From: Lama glama
Lineage: Eukaryota
DNA length: 64,000 nucleotides
Assembly: GCA_028534125.1 (NCBI GenBank)
Contig: CM052818.1
Location: 12,154,001-12,218,000, forward strand
Reading direction: 5' to 3'
Positions 1 to 12,972 of this stretch are shown here, in pieces. The notes beneath the pieces were generated by a model. It searched no databases, was not told the DNA's origin, and worked only from the letters and a program-made list of their open reading frames with translations. The translations under genes and the position numbers were made by a program. The stretch's first letter is position 1, and each line of letters opens with the position of its first letter.

Positions 1-129
1 CTTTCCTTATTTGCTACATCTATTTGCTATCACTGCAGCACAAATCATTGTTAATATATGCTTCTTTACTAAGTTGGAATTTAGATAAGAAGCAGTGTTA
101 TGTTGACCGTGTTTTGATATATATTTTCA

Positions 130-2150
130 ACTGGTTTTTTTTTCCTTTAAAAATTGGGCCTACATTTCCAGTTCTGCCAATTTGTCCGGTATTGTGATTT
201 TAGTTGACCTTTGGGTTGCTTCTAGTGTTTTGTGAATAACTCTGAAATAAACATATTTTTTAATATGTTTTCTGCATTTAGGAGTACTGCCTTAGATACT
301 TCTCAAAAGTGGATTTTTTGACTCTAAGTGTTGAATATTCTTGAAACTCTTTATTTGCACACTCAAATAGCTTTCTAACTGAAAAATTCTAATTTATATA
401 TCTATCTCAAATGATGGATGCTATTAATATCATTATACAATTGCCTGACAGAATATTCATATTTGAAAACTACCTGATAATTTAATAAACTATATTTTTA
501 CTATTTAAATTTTCATTTGCTTAATTGATAGCAAGTTGATCATTTCCATGTATTTATTAAATAGTTCACTCAATTTTGTGAATTTGTTACTTACTGTGTT
601 ACCTACTTGCTTTGCCTGAAGGATTAAGCAGGTCTTAGTGTTTAACTAACAACTGTATGATTTTTCTTTTCTGTTACAAAGTTATTAACCCTTGTTATGT
701 TCACTGCATGGTTTTTCCAGTTTTTATTTTGGTTAAATCATGTGATACTTAAAATATTTTACATAGTCAATTTGTTCACTTTTCTGTGATTATTTTCCCT
801 CACCTTTAAGCTTATATAATCCTTTCCTTTCTGATAATTTTACATGTTTTCAAAACTTTTATGATAGTTTCACCTCCCAGATTTTATAATTTGCTGAATA
901 TACAATTTATCTTAAAGTGAGGTATAAAGTGAAATTTGAAATTGACTTTTTGAAAACAGGCAATTGCTCCAATCCCACTGGCTGACTAAATCATCTTTTT
1001 TTCCATTGATATATTTCCTAATGAAAATGTATTGTCTTTTTCCCTGATTATGTAAGTAAGAAGAAGATATTACTTTAATTTTCCATATTATTTCTATGTT
1101 ATTAAATGTTATTTGATAATGTGAATTTGATTTTCTGTATAATATTTTATTGGATAGATGTAAAATCATTTTTAAGTGATTTCCTCTATCAGAGATAGAG
1201 TTTTGCTCAGTCTTTGCCTAGCTAGCTCGCTATCCACAGAGATTTCTTATTTTATATGCTTCAAATATACAGAAAGTAAGAACATAAAATAACACACATG
1301 TGACTTAATGTGACATTTTAATGACTTAAAATGACTTCTTGATTAACTTTGAGAAAATGTAATAAAATGTTTTAGTTTTCTTTATATATGTCCCATGTAT
1401 TTTTATCTTTTAAAAGTGTTCCTAAATGTTATGCCTTTTTTCTGACTTTAAATTGTATCTTCCAGCTTACTTTTGTTGACAGGCAGGAAAGCTATTAAAT
1501 TTTAGATGTTTATTTTATAATGATTTCTTTTAATAATATGAATGGCTTTTAGTTGTTTTCCTTGGAGTTTTTATGATAAATAATACTGTTAACTAAAAAC
1601 GAAAAGATCTCTTTTTTAAAATGTATGTGTCATTATCGTCCTCATCCAGTCGGACTGACTGACTTTAAGGACAATGTTAAATATTGTCCGGAGCCATCTG
1701 TATCCTTCCCTGACATTAAAGAGATTTAATTCAGTGTGTCACTCCTGAGGTATACTGGGTTTAAATAGAATTTATTATGTTAAACAAGGATCCTTCCTTT
1801 TCTAGTTTAGTAAGAAAGTTTAATCAAACTTTAAAAAAATGCTTGGCGTGGTTGACTATTAATATAATGCCTTTTAGCACTTAACGCAATTATGTGATTT
1901 TTATTATTTTACCAGAGATAAATTATATTGTCATATTTCTCACTGCTATATTCTAGAAATGATATACTTGGTCACTGAGTAATTTTCTCCTAATACACTT
2001 AAACCGCTTTGTTAACATTTTATTTAGGAAAGTTTTGTTTTGTTTTGTACTTATAGTGATCCATGGGGCTGTAATGCAGATTTGTTTGTTTATTTTCTTT
2101 TTGTTAGGTTGTGATATCAAGTTGTTCTTGCTCTTATGTACATATGTATG
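130..2150 (-). mobile_element. Highly decayed old LINE-1 (L1M/L1ME-like) fragments
   Basis: T-rich decayed sequence with L1 antisense-like phrases (e.g. tttgggttgcttctagtgttttg, aaagtggatttttgactctaag, ccttccctgacattaaagag, gatccttccttttctagtttagtaag). Boundaries are approximate. Confidence 0.55.
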
Positions 2151-2210
2151 TAGCCTAGAGAGTCCTCCCTATTCTTCAACGATACATGTGGAACAATTAT
2201 GTTCATTTAC

Positions 2211-2378
2211 ACTTTTAATAAAAGGCTCTAAAGAATACATTTAGACAACGCATTGACACCTTGTCTGCGGCTGCTTTAGTGCTATCGCTGCAGAATGAGT
2301 AGCTTTGACCAAAACAGTGTGGACTGTGTGGATAATATTTACACATTTTAAAGAAAAATTTAGCCAGCTCCTACCTTA
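2211..2378 (+). mobile_element. MER58-like hAT-Charlie DNA transposon fragment
   Basis: ttgtctgcggctgctttagtgctatcgctgcagaatgagtagctttgac...aatatttac...aagaaaaatttagccagctcc resembles the recalled MER58A consensus. Confidence 0.7.
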
Positions 2379-2435
2379 GAGTATCATCCAAGCAGGAGTC
2401 CCGTGGCAACCCCAGTGATCTCTTCTGATGTTCCC

Positions 2436-2766
2436 TGTTAAATTAATTAAACAAGGAGGCCATTAGACTGAGATGGCTCTAATGCTGTGGAGGGTTTTGT
2501 AAGCAAACCAGAATCTAAGCCTACAACTGCCTCAAGGTTAAGGAAGAAACCTAAACGCTAAGGACAACCAATCACAGCCACCTAGGCTTTAAGCTGTAGC
2601 CAATCAAATAATTTCCTCTGTCTGCTTCCACGCCTTCTCTGTATGCCCAGCTCCTGTTCGCAGAATGCTCCAAACCAACTTCTCACTTAGTGCTGCCCCA
2701 TTTGACTAGAATTTTGCTCAAATAAACTCTTGAAATTTTAAACATACCTTAGTTCATGTTTTAACG
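2436..2766 (+). mobile_element. Solo ERV1-class LTR (MER93/MER57-like)
   Basis: Begins TGTTAAATTAATTAAACAAGGAGGCCATTAGACTGAGATGGCTC. Contains CCAAT boxes (~2568, ~2600) and AATAAA (~2721). Ends TTTTAAC(G), inverted to the start. Confidence 0.7.
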
Positions 2767-3331
2767 GTCTTCATCTCCCCATGACCTAATTCAGCTCCAC
2801 CTAAGCTATGATATTAAGACTCATGACTTTATCTTTGGCTGATTGTGTATTACCTTATGATCAGAGAAGTAAGGGACTGCTGATTGTCACGTCAACTACC
2901 AGCTAATGGAGGAATATAGGATTTAACATATTCCAAAAAAAAAAAAAAAACCCAGAACTTTAGAATAGTTTTTCTTAAAAATTCACCTTTTCTTCTTTTA
3001 TATTATTATCATAGTGTCACTCCATTTGACCTTCCAAATTTTCATCATGATGGTTATTATCACAATAATTATTTCAGTCAAGACTTTTCTGACTGCCCAA
3101 CATGATTTTGTATAGTATTACATATACTTTCCTCTCCAGTTCTACTTTCTTCTTGACAGTAAACTTTACAGCAGCAGCAAGGAATGCCAAAACAGAAAGG
3201 ATTAAAGGGGGGGCAAATACTGTCAATCTAGAATCCTATATTATTAGTGGTTTTCCTCTATGTGGTTTTGTTTTTTGTTTTGGGGTTTTTTTTTAAATTT
3301 CTTTATACTTATATGATCGCTTGGCAGGGTG

Positions 3332-3679
3332 TGTGGTAGTCAGCAAAATGGCTTTCCAAAGACTGCTATGTCCCAATCCCTGGAATTTATGAATATATTA
3401 TGTGGAAAAAGGGACTTTGCAGATGTGATTAAGGCTGAAGATCTTGAGATTGGAAAAGTACCTGGATTATCCATGTGGGCTCAATCCAATCAAATGAGTC
3501 CTTACAAGGTGGTTAGAAGAAGCAAATATGAAAGAAAGGTTAAAGAGATGTAATACTACTGTCTTAAAGATGCAGGAAGGACTTTATGAGCCAAGAACTG
3601 TAAGGTAATAAATTTGTGTTGATTTAAGCCTCAGAGTTGGTGGCAACTTGTTATGGCTGCAGTAGAACACTAATAAACA
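3332..3679 (+). mobile_element. MaLR LTR (MLT1D-like)
   Basis: tgtggtag...aaaagggactttgcagatgtgattaag...cctggattatcc...aataaatttgtgttg...cttgttatggctgcagtagaacactaat, typical MLT1D motifs. Confidence 0.8.
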
Positions 3680-3699
3680 GAGCATATAAAAATCTAGCT

Positions 3700-4980
3700 T
3701 GGCCTTTTTCTTTTTAATCTTAGAACGAAAAGGCACTGCTTCATTATCTTTCTGCACTTATTGTTGCTTCTAAGAAATGTACTATCACTGATTTTGCTCA
3801 ACACTTTTATGTATTTGGAGCATGGTTAATTTTGAGAATGAGCTAAAGCTTCAGCTCAGCTACTGATCTTATCTAGAATACCTTGGTTTAAAAATACAAC
3901 TTTGCTATTATTAATTTCTTGATAACAGTGCATTTTTCTTATTGTGATTAGAGATTATTGCTTGCACAAATTCCACTTTTCAAAATCTTAGCAGTTTGGC
4001 CTAAAATATAACATATTTTGCAAATAATTTGTGGAACATAATATATAAATAACATACATTCTCTATAATTTATGACATTTTGTGTAATTCGGGTAAATAA
4101 ATCTTATAAATTATGTTATTTAAAATTTCTTTATCAGTGTCTTAATTTTGATATCTCAAATCTGATGGATGTTCAATTTTTTCACTAAAAGTATTTAATT
4201 TCTTAGTTTTTTCTGGTACATGTAATAGCTTTTGCTTTATATTTTTTGGTGCCATTGTTCACCAAGTAAGGGTTTACTGTTATATCTTTCAGTGTGGATT
4301 GCAATTCATTATTTTCTGCCTTTATCTTTATTAATTCCTATAACTACCTACTTTTTCATTCATTTTGTTATTTGTTTTCTAGTTTCATAGGTGGCTGTTT
4401 CCTTTAAAAATTTCACTGTTTCTTATTTGACAATAAAGAATATAGAGCTATGAATTTTCTCTAAGGTGGTTTTTGCCTTTATCCCACAGAATTTGATATG
4501 ATAGTCATTTTTCATTGAGTTCTAAAGAGTCCGTACTTTTAAGTGATTTTTATAAGTAATTCTTTTCTATTTCCAAAAGATTCAATTTATATTTTGTATT
4601 TAATTCCTTGTTCTTTTAAATGTAATAAGAAATATGGCCCATCTGCTTTCTTCACTTTAATGGTATTTTGTTACAGGTCTTAGTTTATAGACAACTGGTA
4701 AAAAAAAATCCCACGGAAATTTGAAAAGTATGTTTATTCTATGTTAGTTGGTTATAGAATTATCAGTATATTAATTAATTAAAAGAATTTTATGATTAAT
4801 TAAATGTTCTGTATATATTTGATCTGATAATTTCTGAAAGAAAGGTATTATAAAATATTCCTTTATCATCAAAGTTCTATCAGTTCCTCCTCTGATCCCA
4901 TTTTCTTCATAGTAGAAAAAAATAGTTTTAAATAAATTTAAAATTTTTATATGGCTTTTTATCACACTTGAATAAAATAT
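3700..4980 (-). mobile_element. Decayed old LINE-1 fragments
   Basis: L1 antisense-like motifs (gctatgaattttctctaagg, atcccacagaatttgatatg, ggaaatttgaaaagtatgtttattct, tttctgaaagaaaggtattataaaatattcc). Confidence 0.5.
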
Positions 4981-4999
4981 AAACTTGTTGCTTTTACCT

Positions 5000-5260
5000 T
5001 ACCCAGTGTCCTTTTATTCTGTAGAACACACTTAGTTACTTTGTTCCTCAGAGCCTTTGCATATGATACTTTGATTTTCTGGACTACATCGCCTCTCCAC
5101 CTCCTCCCCTCCACCTCTATATCTTTTTCTTGGCATCTTTGCTTGTCTGGCTCCCTCTCATCATACAGTTTCAGGTACTTAAATATTTCTTCCTCATAAA
5201 TCCCTATCAGATCTAAAAATGGGTTCTTCCTTGAGGAAGAACAGTTTTCATAGTGACATT
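5000..5260 (+). mobile_element. L2 LINE 3' fragment
   Basis: cctcagagcctttgcatatg...ctggctccctctcatcatacagtttcag...atttcttcctc resembles the L2a 3' region. Confidence 0.55.
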
Positions 5261-5819
5261 ATTTTTTTCCCTTCACTACCTCTTGACTGCAGCTAGTCTG
5301 AATATAGAGGTTCCTCTGTGACTCTTAGGGAAATGTATTTGCCGAGAAATGAGAACTTCTCTGAGAGTTAAATTCTTTCTTACTTTATTTTGGAATTTTA
5401 GCCCTTGGAACCAACATGCTCCTTTGAAATATTAATCATATCTGCATGATGTCTTCCAGAAAATCCTAAAATTTACTACTTCTTTGATGGTCTAGTTATA
5501 GTTTTACAGTACTACTAGACAATTATTATTTTCTATGTCTCTTCCTTTTATTTTATTGAGAAGTGAGGAGGTAAGAGAAGTAGATATGTGAGGAGAATTG
5601 TTAAATGGAAATTCAAATTTTAAAAGCTAAAAAACCCTTTAGGAAATGGGTATTGAATGACATATGCACAAATGCTTTTCAACCTATTTTGAGTAAATAT
5701 ATTTAAATTTGATACATTTGTATTATATACTATAGTAATTTGTTTCTTATTAATCAATATTTGTTAATGTGGAATAAATTTACTTGTTAATAGGATGTTA
5801 TTTTTTAAATATATTTTGC

Positions 5820-8440
5820 ACTTATATTTGCTTGGTCCTTAAAGATATGAAAAGATGTTCAAATCTATTAATAGCAGGAGAAATGCCAACTAAAATTACA
5901 CTGAGTTATAAATTTTCCCCTGTCGTCTTGGCAAAAATCCAAAAGTTTGACAATTGTTGGCAAGGCTATGGGAAAAAAGGCATTCTTATATTTGCTTGGG
6001 GTAGTACAAAATGGTACAGCCCCCGAGGAGTAACATTTGTCAGTATCTGGCAAAACTACATAAGCATTTATGCTTTGACCTAGAAAGCTCATTTCTAAGA
6101 TTGTATCCCAAAGATACTCTGGAAAAATATGAAAGACATATGTACAAGGCTATTCACTAGAGTTATTTATAGAGGTAAAACTTGAAAGAACCCAAGCACT
6201 CATCAATTGGTACCTGATTGAATGTGAACTAGTGTGCATTTATACAATGGAAATATGTAGCTGTAAAAAGAAATGAGGAATATTTTTACATATATAAATG
6301 GAATAATTCCCAGTATATGTTTTCAAATAAAAAAGAAAAATAAGTGGATAAAACTGTGTATAACTATCTATAGGTCAGAGAAAGGGAATAAGATCATAAA
6401 TATTGAAGATGAAAAAGTTATATACCTTCTTTTATAGATTTGACTTTGTAATCATAAATGTATTTTACATAAATATCAAAACGAAACCAAAATGAAAAAA
6501 TTCAGTTAAAAACAAAATTAAATTGAAATAAATGAAACTACCTCTGTATTAAATTGACGGTATAACCACCCAGGGAAGAATTAATGCAAGACACTTTGAA
6601 ATACAGTACATCAACTGAACTTTCTTAATGGATTATATCCTACAAACCAACACAACAGAAAAAAATTAAACTGTTTTTGGTAATGAACTCATGGTGTTGT
6701 TGCTCTGTATGTAGTAAGTTGGTAGGATGTGTGTAATAGGATAAAACAATTAAGTACATTAAAGTCAATAGGAACTATAAGTTTTGATATAAGAGAGAAG
6801 AGAAATAGACATAAGATTATGGGAATTAAAGACTCAAATTCTACATTTGAGTTACATATTGATATTATGTTACATGTTTTTTATCTTAAAACAAAACAAA
6901 AAGGCAAACAAAAAAGCGTATTTTCTAGATTTGTCCACTGAAAAGCCTAGAAGCAACGAAATAGCCCAATAGTAATAAGTACCCACACGCCCAAAGTGTA
7001 GTCTCTAAGTATCAATTCTCAGTAAACAAAGCAAGGCTCCTTAAAGAAATGGCTGAATTCATGTCTGAGGCAGGAAAAATAAAAAATAATCCTGGAAAAC
7101 TGTGTCTAAACAAGAAAGTAAGGGAAACTTAAAAAATAAAAATAAAAAATAAACTGCAGAACTCAAGAGCCAACCTGAAGAATCTCTTATTGGTCAAAAA
7201 CAATTCAATTTAAGCAGCAATAAGAATAACTGAAATGAGTTGGAACAGATGCAATATGTTTAAATACGTAAGTATATAATAATAATTTTTTTAAAAATCT
7301 CACTGATCACCTTTGAGATTGCTAAAGAACGAATTTAAGCATTCATTTTGCCGTTTCTATGTGAAATGAACTCTGTGCCTTTCTTTTTTCAGGAAAAGGC
7401 TTCTCTTAACATAAATGTTCCAAATAATAAATGAGAAAATAAAGAATAGAATTAGAATGTCATAGTTTTTCAATACCAAGTGAAATAATGAATTTAAGCA
7501 TTGATTATAAATGGATGCTAACACCATAAAAAATGAACAGAAGCAGGAATTATGAGCTTTCTGGAGGAAGATTCTACTTATACTGTAGTATTGCAAAAAT
7601 ATATATATACATATATAAATTATATCAAAACTGCATAGAGAATAATTAAATTCGGAGGCCCAAGTTTCCTTATCCTCGGAAAGTCCTCCTTGTAAGGTTG
7701 GTCCTTGGACCAGTATCTGGAAACTTGAATTTCAAGAGAGTTAGTACCATTCCCTCATTAGAATGCCTCATTGTCCCTAAACAATGTGGTTTGAACAATG
7801 TGGTTTATGCTTAACATCCTTTCTTTTTGGGAGTCTTGAATTGTGTTATGTACCTTAGAGGGTGCCCATATGACCAGCCCCCAATAAAAACCTTAAACAC
7901 TGAGTTTCTAGTGGGCTTCCCTATGTGGGACATTTTATGTGCATTGTCACTTGTTGCTGTGTGAGTACTGTATGATTCCACGGGGAGAGCTCTTGTAAGC
8001 TTGCACCTGGATTTCTTTGGACCTAGCCCCATGTACCTTTTCCCTTTGTCGACTTTTCTTTGTATCCTTTTTCTGTAATAAATCATAGCTGTGAGGGTGA
8101 TGATCTTGCTGAGTCCTGTGAATTTGTCTAGTGAATCATTGAATCTGAAGGTGGTCTTGGGGACCCCAACGCAAAGACTCTACACCTTACCACCAGCCTA
8201 CAGAAAAGTGGAATAGAGGAACATATAAATGATACCACAGGGACACAATCAGCAGAGTACAGAATGTGGAAAGCTCTAGAGTCTTTTTAACAAATAAATT
8301 GCAAGAAAAACAAAGAGGAAGAGAAACATCTACTAATTAAAAAAGACTTGTGAAACATTTAGAGATGAAATAAACCAATGCTGGGAATGGCTTCAGGGTA
8401 ATTCAGTCATGGTACTAGAAGAAAGCACAGAGTGGTATTT
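5820..8440 (+). mobile_element. Old LINE-1 3' end (ORF2 C-terminus plus L1MC-type 3' UTR), interrupted by an LTR at 7632-8173
   Basis: ORF 5784-6083 reads KDMKRCSNLLIAGEMPTKITLSY..LAKIQKFDNCWQGYGKKG, like the L1 ORF2 C-terminus. Downstream are L1MC-type 3' UTR motifs (gtccactgaaaagcctagaagcaa, ggctccttaaagaaatggctga, gataccacagggacacaatcagca). Confidence 0.8.
7632..8173 (+). mobile_element. Solo ERVL-class LTR (MER21-group) inserted in the L1
   Basis: TG...CA ends. MER21-type 3' half (tgaccagcccccaataaaaacc...aataaatcatagctgtgag...ggtggtcttggggacccc). Flanked by near-identical 5-mers AAAAC (7627-7631) and AAGAC (8174-8178). Confidence 0.8.
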
Positions 8441-9819
8441 AAATAGATGTATCATATCTTATGATAAAATTTTAAGGCATTTATTATATAATAACATTTT
8501 AATTAAAGTTAAGTTTAATAATAATTAAAAACTAAAGATTTGAAATTGCTAATATTTTGAGCATTTTTGTATGTTTATATGTGAGACTTTCTTTAATTTC
8601 CCTCTTTTATCATTTCAACTGTTTTTAATATTAAATTTATGTCTACTTCATATTTTCTCTATGCTCAAAGACATGTCTATATTAAAAGAAAAATGTATTC
8701 CTTGAAGATTAAAACATTAATTCATAAAGCATTCAAGCCAGGGTCCTATTTAATTAAATAATTCTTTAATATCTGTGTATATATTTTTTCATTGTGGTTT
8801 TTACTTGACACTTCTTTTGCAACTATGTAATATTTCCTATATTAATAGAAAAAATTCATTTCAAAAAATTCTGATTTTAGAGAAACACATAATATAGTCG
8901 TGTAATTAACATATTTTGGTATAAATGTATACATGTATACACACATATACATATATAAACATAATTTGCATATGTGTGTATATACATTTTATATATCTTT
9001 TATCATATGTAATTATTCCATCTTCCCTCTGACTTTGGCTACAGAGGGTAGATTATAAGATTATATGAAATTAACCACCTTAATCTGGAGTCTGGATCTC
9101 AGCCTTAGAATCTCATGGAAGGGATCCTATAATATACTGAGAGTGGGGTACTCTCTCATGATGAACTTACACTAATAAAGATCATGTCTAAATCAGAAAC
9201 ACAGTTCACTAATCTATTATCAGAGATCCCCTTTCTGGAGAGGGTAATGCTAGTATTTGCTGAAAAGAGAAGGCCCCCGCTCCTCATCAAGAAGCCAATT
9301 GGAAGTCAAAGGACTGCTCTGTAAGGTTGGAATGAGAGAAAAGTACCATGGTAGTGAGTGAGGCTTGGGAAAACACCTGTCTTACTTACTGGTGTCCCAG
9401 TTGTTCTGGTCCCTATGCATGGCTGACTGGCACATTACCAACTCTGAAATTTCTGACTCTTTTTTTTCTATACTTTTACTTCTTTTTATTCCAGTTCTTT
9501 TAATACACCATTTTCTTGAATGTGTTATTATGAAAGATTTAGCTATTTCCCCAATAAATATTTTTGGAACGAGACTGGGCAAATGAAGATCTCCAGGACT
9601 TACATTTAGCTTTGAAGACAGACTTTTTGTCTCTTTAAGATGACTTTGCAAATATTCAATCTCATCTATGTGTGTTTATTATATTGGTATAATTATCAGC
9701 CTTAAGAGACATTTTAATTTAAAAAATATACTATATACCTATAATTGGGCATATGCCTAACGTATCAACTTAATGTTATACATACATGTGTTTACAAAAA
9801 CATAAACATTATCCAAAAT

Positions 9820-10060
9820 TTATTTATTTATTCAACAAATATGTACTTTGTATCTACTATGTGCTGAGCACTTTTGTATATATGGAGATACAGTGATTAG
9901 AGTCAAGCTTTCCACATTCATGGAACTCACATACTAGTGACAGTTAACAAGTATAGATGTATATTTATAGCACAATTTCAGATAGTAGTAAGCCTATGAA
10001 GAAAAATGAAGCCAGGTAAAAACTGAAGAAAGATATGGGTGATATTTTAGATAGTATTGT
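9820..10060 (-). mobile_element. L2 LINE 3' end
   Basis: tttattcaacaaatatgtact...tactatgtgctgagcac...ggagatacagtga...catggaactcacatactagtg is the antisense L2 tail. Confidence 0.75.
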
Positions 10061-10914
10061 CATACTTTAAATAGTTCTTAGAGCACAAATCTATATTGGG
10101 AATGTCATTAAACAAACAGATGTATTTGCTAATTCTGTTACTTCCAGTTTGATCATAAAAACATTGCAGTAACTGTAATGTGGATATGCAACAGCTCTCA
10201 ATAAATCTGACATTCTCTCATCTTTGTAATTCAGACATATTAGCATTGATTGGTTGTAAAAACAAAATATTAAAAAATCTTGTTCAAATGCAGTCAATAT
10301 ATAAATACTTTGAGGACGCTGTTAAAGGACTGACATTTGAATGTGTGATGAAATGGAGTAGATGCCATAGAAACTCAGATGATGTTGAGAAATTCTTAAA
10401 CTTCAGTTAGTATATTAGTCTTCTGTTCTTTTGTAATCCATAAAAAGCATGCAGCATACGGTAATGTGTCAAGAATTTTTTAAAATCCTATTTATGTGTA
10501 TAAGTTCACAGAAAATGCATCTTCCTTTGTGTATTATATAATGGTGCTAAAATATGAGGTCATTTAAGGATTTGCCAAACATGGAGAACGAAATGTATTT
10601 GCAGTTTTTACATTAGGATACAATTATGGTTTGGAAAAGCACTATTGCCTAAATCCACCTTGAAAATGCGCTTTTGAGAGGGAATGAAGAGCCCACAAAT
10701 TCTGATTCCTTTTAAGTTGTCTTGAAGAACGGACTACAGACACATGAGCTGAGCTTTAATAAAGTGCTAATTAGGAGTGCATGCCACGATCTGAATGATG
10801 GTTGTTTGAAATGCACAGAAAACTCAGCAGTAGGGGAATGGTACATGGCTTTTGGGGACGAGTTGTGACAGCTAGGTGCTGGTCCTTTGATGGCATGACT
10901 TTAAAACCTTTAAT

Positions 10915-11070
10915 GCTGACAGAGACTTCGAGATCATCTATTCAAACTCTCAATTTGCACATGAGGAATCTAGGGCTTAGCCTGGGTAAGCAACTTGTTC
11001 AAAAATCACTTCACACGGCAAATAGGTCACTTGACTGGTGAGCTAGTGATATGCCTCCAGCCCTGCACTG
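10915..11070 (-). mobile_element. MIR SINE
   Basis: gagatcatctattcaaactctcaatttgcacatgaggaatctagggcttag...aacttgttcaaaaatcac, antisense MIR core. Confidence 0.65.
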
Positions 11071-11379
11071 CCCTCCCTTCCCTCCCCCTCATTGCTCAGC
11101 CATTTTGTTGAACTTCATGGCAGAAGGGCTTAGAAAGGAAGTGAAGTTCATGTGTGTAAATTATCCTTTTGTTTGCTAGACGCACCAGTGAAATACTTTG
11201 AAGAAAAGAATGACAGTGAAATGAAAATAAGGTTTAGGGATGTCATCTATTCTCTTTTACTTATATCCTGCCATAAGAAATCTTAAAAATTCATAATGAG
11301 ACTAAAATAATATCAGAAATGGAGGTTGAAAGGGAGGATTGGCGCAGAGTTAGTCAGAAAGAGAAGGTGTAAAGGAGAC

Positions 11380-11520
11380 TTTCCTAAATCAGTGATCACC
11401 TCCTTCCTGGTTTACTTTTCTGAGTTTGAAAAGGAAACTATTAACCAACTTAGATCTTTTTTTCTTTTTGTCTATAGAATGAAGGGGGTTGATTAGTTAA
11501 TCTCTGAGGTCCTTTCCAGT
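11380..11520 (+). mobile_element. MIR/MIR3 fragment
   Basis: tgtctatagaatgaagggggttgattagttaatctctgaggtcctttccag matches the MIR3-type 3' end. Confidence 0.55.
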
Positions 11521-11566
11521 ATCACTGGTCAAGGGCTGGGTCAGTATTCAGCCTTTTGGGAGTTTT

Positions 11567-12011
11567 TTTCCCCCAAGATCTTGTATATATTTCCCTGTGC
11601 TATATAGTATAATCTTGTTTATTTATTCTACATATGCCAGTCAGTATCTACAAATTTTGAACTCCCAGTCTATCCCTTCCCACCCCCCACTCCCTTGGCA
11701 ATCACAAGTTTGTATTCTATGTATATGAGTCTGTTTCTGTTTTGTATTTATGTTCCTTCTTTCTTTCTTTATTTTTTTAGATTCCACACATGAGCTACCT
11801 CATATGGTATTTTTCTTTCTCTTTCTGGCTTACTTCACTTAGAATGACATTCTCCAGGAACATCCATGTTGCTGCAAATGGCATTATGTTGTCATTTTTA
11901 TGGCTGAATAGTATTCCACTGTATAAATATACCACATCATCTTTATCCAGTCATCTGTTGATTTAGGCTGTTTCCATGTCTTGGCTATTGTAAATAGTGC
12001 TGCTATGAACA
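11567..12011 (-). mobile_element. Relatively young 5'-truncated LINE-1 3' end (camelid-type) with 17-bp target-site duplication
   Basis: ORF 11884-12141(-) contains FIAALFTIAKTWKQPK..WIKMMWYIYTVEYYSAIK (L1 ORF2 C-terminus). Flanked by AGCCTTTTGGGAGTTTT (11550-11566) and AGCCTTTTGGAAGTTTT (12012-12028). Confidence 0.9.
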
Positions 12012-12264
12012 AGCCTTTTGGAAGTTTTATTAGAAGATATATATTTAATTCTTGATGAAGACTGTCACTACTCTCTACATGCAACTGGAAAGCACTGATG
12101 TCTGTTTTCAGGTGGAGATAAGACCATCTTTGCTGATCCATTAGTACGTCTATTAATTTGGAGTTACAGTCAACTCTTGATTAATCAGAACAGCGGGGTG
12201 TACAGCAGGGAGAGAGCTCAGATGACTGCATATCATGTGTAAAACAAAACTATAGTTTGTGGGG

Positions 12265-12352
12265 GTCAGTATAGCATGGTGTTAAGAAACATGCAGTGAT
12301 TCTTGTGTTCAAATCCCAGCTCTGCACTTACTAGCTATGTGACCCTTGGAAA
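12265..12352 (+). mobile_element. MIR SINE 5' fragment
   Basis: gtatagcatggtgttaag...gttcaaatcccagctctgcacttactagctatgtgacccttgg, the tRNA-like head with B-box-like GTTCAAATCC. Confidence 0.8.
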
Positions 12353-12359
12353 AACCTGT

Positions 12360-12972
12360 CAGGCCTTGCCCTGAATTTATCTGTGACTTAACATCCTGCT
12401 TTGTTCTCCCATGTACAATTTACTTCAACTACAAAGCCCTCCTTGTTCACCTGTGGTCAGGACAACATGCCCCAACCTCAGGGCCTCTGCACATGCTGCT
12501 TTTGTCTGGACAGCTCTTCCTCCAGATAGCTACATGAATGCTACTCTTTTCTTTCAAATTTTCCTCAAATGTCACTTTTTTGAGAAACCTTCCCTGACTA
12601 TGCTAGAAGGAATGATAATGATAACAACTCAACTCTATATTCTTACCCTGCTCAAAGTTTCTTTATACTCACTTCCTGAAATATTACATACATGTTTTTA
12701 TTTGGTTGTTTTTTGTCTACCCACATTACTAAATAAACTTTTGGTGTAGTCCCTGTTTCTTCCTTCTTTTCTCTTTCTCTCTTTTCTTTCTTTCTTCCCT
12801 TCTCTCTCTCCCTCCCTCCCTTCCTTCCTCTGTCTCTCTCTTTCTTTCTCTCTCTCCCTCCCTCTCTCTTTCCCTTCCTCCTTTCCTTCCTTCCTTCCTT
12901 TCTCCTTCCACCTAGGTCTAAAAAGTTGCCTGGCACATAGTAATTGTTCATTGTGCACTTGTTGAATAAATA
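12360..12972 (+). mobile_element. L2 LINE 3' end with an embedded CT-rich tract
   Basis: cctcagggcctctgcacatgctgct...ctcaaatgtcac...ccttccctgac, and the terminal gcctggcacatagta...ttgttgaataaat. Confidence 0.75.
12755..12908. repeat. Polypyrimidine (CT/CCTT/CTTT) low-complexity tract
   Basis: About 150 bp almost entirely C and T. It explains the K/R/E/G-rich ORFs at 12652-13179(-). Confidence 0.95.
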
